Below are positions 24,682 through 36,619 of a stretch of DNA of 64,000 nucleotides, one piece after another. The position numbers and the translations under genes were made by a program. The stretch is from an uncultured Alphaproteobacteria bacterium (GTDB lineage Bacteria; Pseudomonadota; Alphaproteobacteria; Rickettsiales; UBA998): assembly GCA_963803575.1 (NCBI GenBank), contig CAWDMW010000002.1:1080406-1144405 (forward strand). Reading direction: 5' to 3'. The notes beneath the pieces are model-generated. The model did not search any database. It was given only the letters and a program-made list of their open reading frames with translations, and was not told the origin of the DNA. Within the stretch, counting starts at the first letter, position 1; each line of letters starts with the position of its first letter.

Positions 24682-25014
24682 TTAGGCTTGGGGAGGTTTT
24701 GAAGGGGGGTAGTGCAGTTGGGATAGGTAAGTAACGCCATCACTGCTATGGGCCGCTTGACTTGAGACCATGACAGGCTCGGATTTGCCGTTCATGAAAG
24801 CGGCATGGTGGTGATGTCCGGCGCAACGAGCACAGCAATCGCAATCAGCTTTCTGACTGCCATCCTCTTGACCCTGCTTATCCATCACAGATGTTTGCTG
24901 CAATCCATCACAAACAAAGCCTTCCGCGCAATCGGCATGCGCTGTGCTGGCGATACTCATCACCAACATCGCAACCACTAAAATATATGCGGGAAGTTTT
25001 GTCATAGCCTTCAC
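24682..25014 (-). CDS. Exported Cys/His-rich leader protein (CzcI/CutF-like)
   Basis: Signal peptide, CDCCARC-HHHH, C-terminal PPSKPPQA; directly upstream of czcC. Confidence 0.7.
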   Translation of the reverse strand: MKAMTKLPAYILVVAMLVMSIASTAHADCAEGFVCDGLQQTSVMDKQGQEDGSQKADCDCCARCAGHHHHAAFMNGKSEPVMVSSQAAHSSDGVTYLSQLHYPPSKPPQA

Positions 25015-25104
25015 ACTAGCATATAATTGCTAAGTTTCTAGTTTTTATTGTAAAAAGTGTTCGGACGCGACATAAATCATAAGGTTAGCATAGTAAAGTG
25101 AATC

Positions 25105-26436
25105 TTAGCTCTTATGAGCGTCTTCCGGCATCAGCTTATCTAGCGTGATGCTGGCGGCCATATCCCCTGTGACATTTACTGAGGTGCGACACATATCTAG
25201 AATCCGGTCTACCCCAATGATGAGGGCAATGCCTGTGGGTGGTATGCCTACACTCTCTAAAATGGTGGCTAAAATCACAATGCCGACTCCGGGTGTGCCG
25301 GGAGAACCGATAGATGCACCTGTTGCCATGACCACCACCAGAATCATTCCGGATATCCCGATATCCACCTGAAACACCTGTGCTAAAAAGAGTGTGGCAA
25401 CGCCCTGATAAAGCGCCGTGCCGCCCATATTAATGGTGGTGCCAAGCGGAATAACAAAGCGGGAAATGCCTGAGCGCACGCCCAGCTTTTCCTCTGTCGG
25501 TGCTAAGTGTTAAGGGCATCACCGCAGCCGAGCTGGAAGTGGAAAGTGCTAGCAGCATGACTTCTCTGGATGACTTCAAGAATTTGAGCGGATTCATGCG
25601 TCCGATAATGGCAATAATCAGCAGATATACGCCCAATAAGATAGCCAAGCCGATCAGCACGGTGGCAACATAGACGGCGGTGGCCAGTAAGGTAGAAATC
25701 CCCACTCTGGCGCTGATATTAGCCAGCAAGCCGAATACGGCATAAGGCACGAATTTAAGCACCCAGCTTACGATCACCATGCACACCGATTGGATAGAGC
25801 CGAGTAAATCAAGAATGGGTTTACGCTGATTAAGTCGGCATGGCCACCAACGCAATGCCTATAATGACTGCGCTGATAACGGTTTGTAGCATGTTGCCGC
25901 TTACAAAAGTGGCGAGTGGGTCTTTGGGAAATAATCCTGTCAGTAATTCGGGGAATTCTTTTAGGGATGGCATGCTTGCCGGGATAGCGCCACTCGTTTC
26001 GGGAACGCCCTCTGACGCCACAATATGTTGGAGCAACGAGCTGTCAATATAGGCTCCGGGCTGGATAATCATGGCTGCCCCAATACCTATCGCTACGGCG
26101 ATAGCGGTGGTAGCGAGGAAAAATAATATGGTGAAGATACCGAGCTTGCCGATATCCTCGCTTGATTCCCCCGCCGCAATACCCCTGATAACCGAGGCGA
26201 CAATGAGAGGGATTACAATGAACTGGATGGCCAGAAGGAATATCTTTCCCGGCAGCGCGACCCATCCGGCGATTAATTCCGAGGTATCATTATCCACCAG
26301 CTGCATGGTGGGGCCGATCAGAACACCAAAGCCCACGCCTAAGAATCATGGCGATAATCACCTGCAGCCACAGCTTGCCCTTTACCAGACCAGTCAGGCT
26401 TGAATGAAGATTAATGAGTGAGCGTGATAGTTCCAA
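25105..26436 (-). CDS. Dicarboxylate/amino acid:cation symporter, frameshifted
   Basis: STSSSAA, PLGTTINMGGTALY and GVDRILDMCRT across three ORFs; start approximate. Confidence 0.85.
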
Positions 26437-26480
26437 GGGTATGCCTTATTTTATTTGTTAAAATGATGCCTGCGCCCAGA

Positions 26481-26510
26481 ATAGACCATAGTGTTAAAAC
26501 TTCAAATATT
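26481..26510 (+). repeat. 30-bp direct repeat, copy 2
   Basis: ATAGACCATAGTGTTAAAACTTCAAATATT. Confidence 0.85.
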
Positions 26511-26517
26511 TCTACAA

Positions 26518-28705
26518 TCACAACCTCTTAATATTAAGCCTGAGCGCGTTGGCCACGACACTCACCGAGCTTAGGGACATGGCCGCTGCTGCGATGATCG
26601 GCGAAAGCAATATGCCAAAGAACGGATACAACGCCCCGGCTGCAATTGGCACGCCTGCCGCGTTATAGATAAATGCGAAAAACAGGTTCTGCCTGATGTT
26701 ACGCATGGTGGCGCGGGATAGATTGATGGCGGTGACAATGCCATTCAAATCGCCGCGCAGAAGCGTGACGCCTGCGCTCTCCATTGCGACATCGGTTCCG
26801 GTTCCCATCGCCACGCCCACATGCGCCGAGGCTAAGGCCGGGGCATCATTCACCCCATCGCCTGCCATAGCAATAATGGCACCGCCATCGCGCAATTCAC
26901 TCGACGATACGGCTTTTATCCTGCGGCATGACATCCGCATGCACTTCATCAATGCCGAGCTTTTCTGCCACCGAGCGTGCGGTGGTTTCATTATCCCCGG
27001 TGAGCATCACGATTTTTAAGCCTGCCTTGTGCAAGGCGCTAATCGCTTGCGGTGTGGTTTCCTTAATCGGGTCGGCCACTGCAATCATCCCTGCCAGTTT
27101 TCCATCCACTCCGATAAACATCGCTGTGCCACCTTCGGCGCGATAAGTATCGGCTTGTTCTTTCAAGCTGCTGCTATCAACGCCCATATCATCCATGAGC
27201 TTGGTGTTGCCGAGCGCCACTTCTTTCCCATCAACGCTTCCTTTCACCCCTTTGCCTGTGACCGCTTCAAACGCGCCTGCTTTTTCCAGTTTTAGCCCTT
27301 TGGCTTCTGCGCCGCGCACGATGGCTTCTGCCAACGGATGCTCGCTGCCTTGCTCTAACGAAGCGGCAAGGCGCAGCACCTCATCTTCTGATAAATCACT
27401 GGCGCTTACCACATGGGTGAGCGCAGGTTTTCCCTCAGTCAGCGTTCCGGTTTTATCGACCACCAGCGTATCCACCTTTTCCAGAATTTCCAACGCGCTG
27501 GCGTTTTTGATCAACACGCCGGATTTTGCACCGCGTCCGACACCAACCATAATCGACATGGGCGTGGCTAACCCAAGCGCACATGGGCAGGCAATGATTA
27601 ACACCGATACGGCGGCAATCAGGCCATAGCTAAAGCCTTGCGCGGCGGCAAAGACCGTCCATGCAATAAAGGCGATGATGGCAATGACGATCACAATCGG
27701 CACAAACCAGCCCGATACTTTATCGACCACACGCTGGATGGGTGCTTGGCTGCGCTGGGCATCGGCCACCATTTGCACGATTTGCGCGAGCATGGTGTCG
27801 GAGCCTATTTTCTCTGCTTTAATAATCAGCGAGCCATTGCCATTGACCGTACCGCCAATCACTTTTGCACCTTCGGTCTTTTCAATTGGCATCGGCTCTC
27901 CGGTGACCATCGCTTCATCGACATGGCTTTTACCTTCCACCACCACGCCATCGACCGGGACTTTCTCGCCGGGGCGGATGCGCAGCAAATCACCGAGCTG
28001 AATATCCTCGATCGCTATTTCCTCTTCCTCATCACCCTTGATCCGTTTTGCGGTTTTAGGTGCCAGCCCCAGCAGGGCTTTAATTGCGCCTCCGGTACGC
28101 TCCCGCGCTTTGAGTTCCAGCATTTGCCCTAATAACACCAGCACAATGATGACCGCTGCCGCCTCAAAATAGACAGGCACTGCGCCTTCGCTGCGGAATC
28201 CTTCGGGGAAGATGCTTGGCGCGATCGTTGCCACCACGCTATAGACCCACGCCACGCCTGTTCCCATGGCGACGAGCGTAAACATATTTAGCGACATGGT
28301 TTTGACCGATTGCCAGCCACGATGGAAGAACGGCCATCCGGCCCATAGCACCACCGGGGTGGCAAAGGCAAATTGTATCCAGTTGGAGAGCTGCTTATCG
28401 ATGAGGTGCATATCAAATAGATGTGCGCCCATCTCCAACACCAGCAAAGGTAGCGTCAATACCAACCCGATCCAAAAGCGCCTGCGAAAATCGGTCAGCT
28501 CCGGGTTTTCACCTTCCTCTCCGGTGATCGTCTCCGGCTCCAACGCCATGCCACATTTCGGGCAACTTCCCGGCCCCTTTTGCCGCACCTCCGGGTGCAT
28601 GGGACAGGTGTACATCACCGTGGCCGGATCAACGCCCTCTGGCAATTGCTTCGGCTCTTTATTGCCGTGTTCATGGCAGCAGCTTTTGGTGTGTTCTTCA
28701 CTCAT
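26518..28705 (-). CDS. copA: Cu(I)-translocating P1B-1 ATPase (frameshift near 26900)
   Basis: [34 protein letters not shown] and MSLSS. Confidence 0.93.
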
Positions 28706-30037
28706 GATGATTCCTCACTTTTATATCGTAAAAATAAACGCTCTCCGGCAAAAATAATGACCAGTCCCACCAGCGATGCCCAAATTACCAGCATATCGCT
28801 TTGTGCTTTGATCCACAGGAATGCACCCAGCACCACCACGTCTAGTGCGATGGCGGTAATGAGGATGGCGGCATTGGCTTTCACTTCTTTTCGTAAATAA
28901 CGCAGCACCCCCCAATGGATGGCGATATCCATGATAAGATAGAAAATAGCACCGAGTGAGGCGATACGGCTTAAATCAAAAAAGACGGTCAGCAGCATGG
29001 CAATGACGATGGTATAGACCAACGTGTGCTTTTGGATGCTGCCCGGCATTCCAAAATGGCTGTGTGGTACCAGCTTCATATCGGTGAGCATGGCCAGCAT
29101 GCGCGAGACCGCAAATACGCTGGCAATCACGCCGGAGACGGTGGCGATGATGGCAAAGCCCACCGTAAACCACAAACCCCATTGACCGAAGGCCGGGCGG
29201 CGATGCTTCTGCCAATGCGTAATCCTTGGCTTTGACAATTTCGTCGATGGAAAGGTTCGCACCCACCGCCAAGGTCACGAGCATGTAAATCGACCAAACA
29301 AATAACGATGGATATAATGATAGCGCGACCGACATTCTTATGCGGCTCTTTAATCTCGCCACCGCTGTTGGTGATGGTGGTAAAGCCCTTAAACGCCAGA
29401 ATCCCCAAGTGCCACTGCGCCTAAAAATCCGGCAAAGGTCGTTTCCTCCGGCTGGACGGAAACGCTCTCAAAATTAAAGCCGGAGGCGTACAAGCCACCC
29501 GCTGCCAGCAATACCAATCCGCCAATCTTTACAAAGGCCATAAAGAAGGAGAAGGTTTGGATGAATTTATTGCCTAGAATATTGACCAAAAAGGCAAAGG
29601 CCAATAGCCCCACGCCGAGCGCCGGAACCAGCCAGCTACCTTTGATCAATATCGAAGAGCTGCAGGGTATAGGTGCCAAAGGTGCGTGCGACCAGGCTTT
29701 CATTAATCACCATGGAAAAATACATGAGCAATGCGCAGGCGGCGGTCATCGTGCCTTTGCCATACGCCTTTTGCAAAAACATGGCGATGCCGCCGGCGCT
29801 GGGATAGGCATTGGACATTTTCACATAAGAATAGGCGCTAAACCCTGCCACGACAGCGGCGGCTAAAAAAGCCAGCGGGAACCATTCCCGCGCCAGCTCT
29901 GCAACCTGTCCGGTAAGCGCAAAAATGCCTGCGCCGATCATCACTCCGGTACCCATCGACACCGCCCCCCATAATGTCAGGCTGTCTTTTTTATAATTCG
30001 ATGAGCGATCGCTATCGCTATGGTTATGCTCTGTCAT
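28702..30037 (-). CDS. APC family permease, frameshifted
   Basis: [32 protein letters not shown] and SRMLAML across several ORFs. Confidence 0.85.
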
Positions 30038-30197
30038 CCTGCGCCTCTGTCTTTTGTGTTTGCTTTCCTTTATGTGGTTTTTCGTTATTGCTGCAGCATG
30101 ATCGTGGTTGCTTTGGCTTCACTTCAACCGTTTCTGTTTTTGGGTTGCAGCAGCAACCACTATTGGTAGTTTCCTTTTTATTATCAATACTATTCAT
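30024..30197 (-). CDS. 57-aa Cys-cluster peptide (not in ORF track)
   Basis: MNSIDNKKETTNSGCCCNPK...RSCCSNNEKPHK...; AGGAG RBS and ATGA overlap with the MerR stop. Confidence 0.65.
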   Translation of the reverse strand: MNSIDNKKETTNSGCCCNPKTETVEVKPKQPRSCCSNNEKPHKGKQTQKTEAQDDRA

Positions 30198-30616
30198 TGT
30201 TTCTCCTTATTGTATAAAAATCCTATAAACGGGCATTCGCGGGTTGGTACCTGACCGCCGGGGCAGTCATGCGCGAAACGTTGCAACGCATCTAAAGCTA
30301 ATTGCGTGTCGGACAGTTCGGTTTGAAAGGCAGTAATTTTATCCTCCACCATAGCCAACACCTCGCCGCATACGGCATCATCGCTTTCGGACATAGTGAG
30401 CAGCGTTTTTATTTCCTCCAACGTAAAATTAATGACCTTGGCACGCTTGATGAAGAGTAGAATATTCAGCGTGTCCTGAGTGTAGACGCGATAGCCATTG
30501 GCGGCACGCTCAGGCTTTCCGAGCACGCCCATTTTCTCGTAATAGCGGATGGTGTCGGTTGAGAATCCGCTGATATTCGAGAGCTTACCTATGGTGATGT
30601 AATTGTTTTTACTCAT
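30194..30616 (-). CDS. MerR-family metal-responsive regulator (ZntR/CadR-like Cys set)
   Basis: TIRYYEK, NGYRVY, FTLEEI, AVC, CPG...ECP. Confidence 0.9.
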   Translation of the reverse strand: MSKNNYITIGKLSNISGFSTDTIRYYEKMGVLGKPERAANGYRVYTQDTLNILLFIKRAKVINFTLEEIKTLLTMSESDDAVCGEVLAMVEDKITAFQTELSDTQLALDALQRFAHDCPGGQVPTRECPFIGFLYNKEKQ

Positions 30617-30627
30617 AATATCTCGCA

Positions 30628-30659
30628 AGCCTACACCTTGGAGTGTACTCCAAGGTCAA
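30628..30659 (-). promoter_or_regulatory. MerR-type promoter with 20-bp spacer and dyad operator
   Basis: Minus strand TTGACC-N20-TAGGCT. Perfect inverted repeat ACCTTGGAGT-gt-ACTCCAAGGT at 30635-30656. Confidence 0.9.
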
Positions 30660-30667
30660 GCCTCTTT

Positions 30668-31006
30668 TTATAACCACTTCATTATTTGTTGGTGCAGTAG
30701 GTATCCGATGGGCAGCAAGACCACGCCAACAGCATAGGTTCCCCAAAAGCCCAGCTCCCATTTTCCGTTAAAAAAGAACGGCAGGAAAAACAGCCATGAA
30801 ATCGGCACTGCAATCATAATGCTCCTCGCATATTGAGAGGTCGTCTCTGCGTCCTGATATTGAATGTAGGAAAAGGCGATCGCCAGAATTGACACCAAAG
30901 GCAATGCTGTAATGAAACCTGCCAGCTCTGGTTTTTTCCCTGAAAGCCAAGATGCTCCCATGATCACGCTTACGGCTATCGTTAGTTTTGTGACGGTCAA
31001 TAACAT
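30668..31006 (-). CDS. DUF3147-like small membrane protein
   Basis: K.P.LAGFITALPLVS pattern; about 4 TMs. Confidence 0.65.
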   Translation of the reverse strand: MLLTVTKLTIAVSVIMGASWLSGKKPELAGFITALPLVSILAIAFSYIQYQDAETTSQYARSIMIAVPISWLFFLPFFFNGKWELGFWGTYAVGVVLLPIGYLLHQQIMKWL

Positions 31007-31009
31007 GGC

Positions 31010-31294
31010 TTATCCCTCATCTTTTTCGGAGGTTGAGCCACCCACCAGCTTATTGCACAGGCCGTTTGGCACTTTGATCCATTCGTTCGGGTCGCTATCT
31101 GCTTTGGCCATGGTAGCGCAGGAATGCTTATTGGCTTTGCTGGCACAGTCATTCTTGCCCGCTTTGACCACGCCATAGCATTTCTCCATCCCGTCGCCCT
31201 TTTTGGGTTCCATATGGGCGCTGGCATCCTGAATGCCTGCCAAGGCAGCGGTTAACATACTGGCTGCGGTTAGAAATTTGGTTTTATTATTCAT
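31010..31294 (-). CDS. DUF2282 / BufA1-type bufferin precursor-like protein
   Basis: Signal peptide, then EKCYGVVKAGKNDC..HSCA..EWIKVP.GLC.KLVGGS. Confidence 0.85.
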   Translation of the reverse strand: MNNKTKFLTAASMLTAALAGIQDASAHMEPKKGDGMEKCYGVVKAGKNDCASKANKHSCATMAKADSDPNEWIKVPNGLCNKLVGGSTSEKDEG

Positions 31295-31760
31295 GATGAT
31301 CTCCTGTTGGTGGGTTGATGGGAAAATGAATGTCCCAGAGTTTTTGCACAGCAAAATAGCTAAACATCACCGACCAGCCGATCAGCATCAGGCCGTTTAA
31401 GACCTGCACGCCTGTGATGAATTGCATGATGCCGTGTGGAAAAACATCGCCAATCCCAAGCGATGAATAAGTGGCGGCTGAAAAATAGATGTAGCCGAAG
31501 AAATTATCGTGAGCGATGCCGCTTAATGGCTCCGCGCCGAAAATATGCACCATCACCCAATAGACGGTGCCATATATCCAGACCGCGATGGTGTGGGCCG
31601 AAAAGATGCCCACCACCAACACGAACATCAACGCACGATTGCGAAGATTATGCTTGGCGATCACCTTCAAAATCAGGCCAAGCATTTCATAGAAAATGGC
31701 GGTGGTGATAAGCACCAATGCCACGCTAATGAGGATGGCGATATGCATGTTCTCGTACAT
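31287..31760 (-). CDS. Potassium-channel-like (Ion_trans_2) small membrane protein
   Basis: YFSAATYSSLGIGD pore-loop-like motif; TAATG coupling to cusA. Confidence 0.8.
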   Translation of the reverse strand: MYENMHIAILISVALVLITTAIFYEMLGLILKVIAKHNLRNRALMFVLVVGIFSAHTIAVWIYGTVYWVMVHIFGAEPLSGIAHDNFFGYIYFSAATYSSLGIGDVFPHGIMQFITGVQVLNGLMLIGWSVMFSYFAVQKLWDIHFPINPPTGDHHE

Positions 31761-34700
31761 TACGCGGCCTCCTTGCTATCCGTGGTGGGGCTGCGGTATT
31801 GCCTGCCTTCCCACATGGTGTAGACGACCGGGATCACGATCAGGGTTAAGATGGTGGTGGTGATCATGCCGCCGACCATCGGTAGCGCGATACGGCGCAT
31901 CACATCCGCGCCCAAGCCCATCAAAGATGAAGATGGGCAGCAACCCGGCAAATTCGGTGATGACCGTCATCAGCACCGGGCGGATACGCATCAGCGCTCC
32001 TTCATGCACCGCTTGGCGCGTAAGTCTCGGCCATGTTGGTGGGGTTGGTTTCGCGCACCCGCAGATCAATATAGACCATCATGATGGCAGCGGTTTCGAC
32101 CGCCAAGCCACCCAGCGCAATAAAGCCTACGCTTGCGGCCACCGACAAATTATAGTCTGCCAAATACAGCGCCCACATGCCGCCGACCAAGGCAAATGGT
32201 AGCGATAGCATCACCATGGCGGTGCGATCTGACCCGGCCAAAATAGACCATCAGCAATATGAAGATGGCAAAGATGGCGGCGGGAATGGCAATATTTAAT
32301 TGCGCTCTGGCTTCCAGCATCTGTTCAAACTGGCCTGACCATTCAACGGCATAGCCTGCTGGTAGTTTGACCTTTCCTGCCACCACGCCCTGCGCTTCAT
32401 CGACGTAAGAACCAATATCCCGGTCGGCGATATCGACAAACACCCAGCCGGTCAGCCGTGCGTTTTCCGATCTTGATCATCGGTGGGCCTTCGACAAATT
32501 CAATGCTGGCCAGCTCTGCCCAACGGGATATGCTGGCCTTGCGGCGTGGGGATCGAGGATATCGGCTAAATCTTCCGGATGCTCGCGAAAGGCTCGCTCA
32601 TAGCGCAGCATGATGTTATAGCGCTCACGCCCTTGCACCGATTCGGAGATCTTGCATGCCGCCCAGTGCGGTTTGAATGACCCGCTGGAACATGCCCAAA
32701 TCAATATTCTGCCGTGCCAGCTCGTCACGGTTGGGCGTGATTTCCAAATACTTCCCGCCAATCACGCGATCGGCAAACGCCGAGCGCGTGCCTTCCACAT
32801 CTTTTACCGCTGCTTCCACATCCAGTGCGATTCGGCTGATCTCATTGAGATCTGCGCCGGATATTTTAATTCCCACAGGCGTGCGGATTCCGGTGGAGAT
32901 CATATCCATGCGAATTTTAATCGGATAGCCCCAGCTATTGACCACACCTGGCATTTTTACGGTTGATCCAGCTCTTTGGTGAGCTGTTCGACATCCATGC
33001 CATCACGCCACTCATCTTTGGGTTTGAGCTTGATCCAGCTTTCTATCATGGTAATCGGCGCGGGATCGGTGGCGGTGTCGGCGCGGCCCACCTTACCAAA
33101 TACATGATGCACTTCCGGCACCGTTTTAATCAGGCGGTTGGTTTGCGCAATATTTCCTTGGCTTTGGTGATCGATACACCCGGCATGGTGGTGGGCATAT
33201 AGAGCAGCTCACCTTCATAAAGCGCTGGCATAAATTCAGAGCCGGTGCGTGCAGATCGGCACCGCCATGCTGACCAGCAACACGCCTGTTAAAATGAGCG
33301 TGAGCTGGCGTTTGCCAGCACCTTGGTGAGCAATGGTTTGTAAAAACGCAGCAAGGCGGCGTTGATTGGGTTTTCCTCGGCGCGTCTAATTTTGCCGCGC
33401 ACCAGCCATAGCATCAAGCATCGGGATTACCGTGATCGACAGGATGGAGGCAAAGCCTAGCACGTAGGTTTTGGTAAATGCCAAGCGGCGAGAACATACG
33501 ATAGGATTGCCCGGTTAGCGCCAAGACCGGCAGGAAGGATACGGTGATGATCAGCAGTGAGAAAAATAGACCCGGCCCGACCTCTTTGGCGGCTTGAATG
33601 ATGGCCACATTGCGTTTTCGTCGCGCAGGCATTATCATCCAGTTCCGAGAGTTTACGGTGGGCATTTTCGACCATGACAATCGAGGCATCGACCATCGCA
33701 CCGATGGCAATGGCGATCCCGCCGAGCGACATGATGTTGGCGGTGATGCCTTGCGCTGACATGACAATGAATGCACCGAGCACACCAAGCGGTAGCGTGA
33801 TGATGGCTACAAACGCCGAGCGCACATGCAGCAAGAATATGAGGCACTACCAAGGCCACGACGATACCTTCTTAATCAGTGTGGTGGTAAGATAATCGAC
33901 CGCACCTTCAATTAGCGGGGCGCGATCATACACTGTTTCAATTTCCACGCCTTCAGGCAGGCCGTTGTGCAGTTCATCGAGCTTGGTTCTTTACGCCTTG
34001 GATCACGATAGAGCATTTTCACCGGAGCGCATCACGACTATGCCGCCAACCACTTCACCTTCGCCGTTTAATTCTACCACGCCACGCCGCAGCTCCGGCC
34101 CTTCAATGATGCGTGCGACATCGGATAGCACCACAGGCGTGCCACTTTTGGCGTAGACCACCACTTTCTCTCAGTTCTTTCAGATTGGTGATATAGCCTT
34201 TGGAGCGGATCATCATCTCCATTTCGCCTTGCTCAATCACGCGGCCACCCACTTCCTGACTTGCGGCTTTTACCGCAGCGACAATGCGGTGCAGTGGCAC
34301 GTCATAGGCACGCAGGCGGTTGGGATCGACCAGCACCTGATATTCTTTGACAAAGCCGCCCACGGTGCGACTTCGGATACACCTTCGACGGTGGCCAGCT
34401 CAAATTTTAAAAACCAATCCTGCAGGGTGCGAAGATAGGCCAGGTCATGCTTGCCGGTTCTATCGACCAGCGCATATTGATACACCCAGCCGACGCCGGT
34501 GGCATCGGGGCCAATTTGCGGCGTGGCATTATCCGGCAGATCTCCTTGAATTTTGGAGAGCGCTTCAATGACTCGGCTTCGCGCCCAATATTGATCCACG
34601 TTATCTTGAAAGATGATATAAACAAATGACGAGCCAAACATTGAAAAACCACGCACATCCTTGGTCTTTGGCAGACCCAACATGGTGGTGGATAAGCGGG

Positions 34701-34953
34701 TATGTGACCAAATCCTCGACAATCTGCGGCGACTGGCCTGGGAAATCGGTACGGATGATCACTTGCGTATCGGACAGATCGGGGATGGCATCGAGCGGGT
34801 GTTTTGACCGCAAAATCCAGCCTGCCACCAGCATGGCTACCACAGCCGACGATCACCAGCAGCTGGTTGCCCACCGACCATTCGATAACCTTGGCAACGA
34901 ATGATTCGGTAGGATCATGGTTTAAGTGCTTGTCTTGCTTAGTGGTTCTGCAT
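31760..34953 (-). CDS. cusA: CusA-type Cu/Ag RND permease, heavily frameshifted
   Basis: [48 protein letters not shown] and [11 protein letters not shown] in successive fragments; start approximate. Confidence 0.88.
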
Positions 34954-36619
34954 GCGCACCTCCTGCAGGTGCGTCACCGTAGGAGCTTCGGCATCTATTT
35001 TATCGGGCAATTCCACTTCTACCGCATGGCCGCCACCATAAGGATGCGCCATCTCACCGTTTAAGCTGCAGCCAGTGATTGCCGGTGCCGTGATCCAAGA
35101 TAGAGCTTGATGCCTTTTTGTTTATAATGCTGTCGGCTTGCCTTCCATGATCCACGGCTTTAAGGCGATGACCAGCTCGGCCATGGCCTGTTGCTGTTCC
35201 TCCTCGGTGATGGATTCATTTGCTGCCATCAGCGCTTTTTCAGCATCCTGCAAAATGAATTGCAATTTGGTGCCTCGGAATTTTGGCAGCAGATGATCAT
35301 TGAGCTTTAGCGCTGGCATGAGCATCTTGGCATCCATATCCGCATCGGTGGTTTGCGTTTCGTGTAAATACAATGCGGCATCGATGAGATGATCGATCAT
35401 CGACTGCTGATCTTTGCTTATCTGCAGCAGCGCCAGCGGCGTTTGCACCTTCTGCAATTTGCGGAAGGATTCGCGCAAGGAGCTTTCCGAGTCGATCAAA
35501 AATTGGCTGCTGACCACCACCTGTTCGCCTGCGGTGATGCCGCGTGTTACCTCGGTGCGGCCTTTATTGCTAATGCCCGTTTGTATCTTTTGCGACTGGA
35601 ATTTACCCTCGCCGAGAGCAACCACTACAAAATCACCTTCCGAGCTTTTTAAGATCGCCTCGGAGGGGATGCTTAGGCGTTTATCGATATCGGTTTCAAA
35701 GGTGACATCGGCATACGCGCCGGGGCGCAATGTGCCATCTTCATTACTCCAGCACCAAGCGCACCTGTCCGGTACGGCTATCGGGGTCGATGGTCGGGTG
35801 GATATAGTCGATGCGTGCGGTGCGCTCGGTATTGCCTAAATTGGGAAAGCTCACCGTTGCTTTGCTGTTTTCCTCTAAAAAGCGTAGGTCTTTTTCGGCC
35901 ACGCTGACATCAATCCACACGCTGCTATAATCCTGAATGGTGGCAATTTGCATGCCGGGTTTGACGTAGCTGCCTTGGTTGACCATAAGGTGGCTGACGA
36001 TCCCATCCGTTTCCGCGTAAAAAGGCAGATTCTCTAATTTCTTTCGTGAGCTACGGATTTGCGCGATAGCCTTGCTGCCTGCACCGAGGGATTTTAACCG
36101 CTTGGCGCTGGAGGCAATACGGCCTTTAATGCCTGTGGCGATGGCGGCGATATAATCCTGCTGGGCCGAGATCAAATCGGGGCTGTAAAGCGTAAAGAGC
36201 AGATCGCCTTGTTTCACTTCATCGCCCACGGCGGTGATGTTTAGCGCTTCAATCCATCCGGCGACGCGGCCTGAAATGGCATGGGTCTGGCGCACATTTT
36301 CGGTGACCAGGCCATAGCTTCGCACGTCATTGCCAAACAATGCCATGGTCGCGTTTTCGCTGCGCACACCGATATTTTGAATGGTTTGCGGCGCAATGGT
36401 GATGATGGTGCGTTTATCGGCATCCTGCTCGCCATTATGGGCGCTATGGTCTTCTGCCTCACCGCCCTCCATTAGTACCAAATCCATGCCGCAAATCGGG
36501 CAGCTTCCCGGCTCGCTGGCAATATAATGCGGGTGCATGGGGCATGTGTATTGCTCGGCGGCTAAGGCCGGGCTTGCGGCCACCAGTGCGATGACCATTA
36601 ATAGTTTAATTATTCTCAT
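34950..36619 (-). CDS. cusB: CusB-type adaptor with N-terminal YTCPMHP domain and C-terminal extension, frameshifted
   Basis: YTCPMHP..CPICGMDL, YSPDL, SSQFLIDSESSLR; end approximate. Confidence 0.85.
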
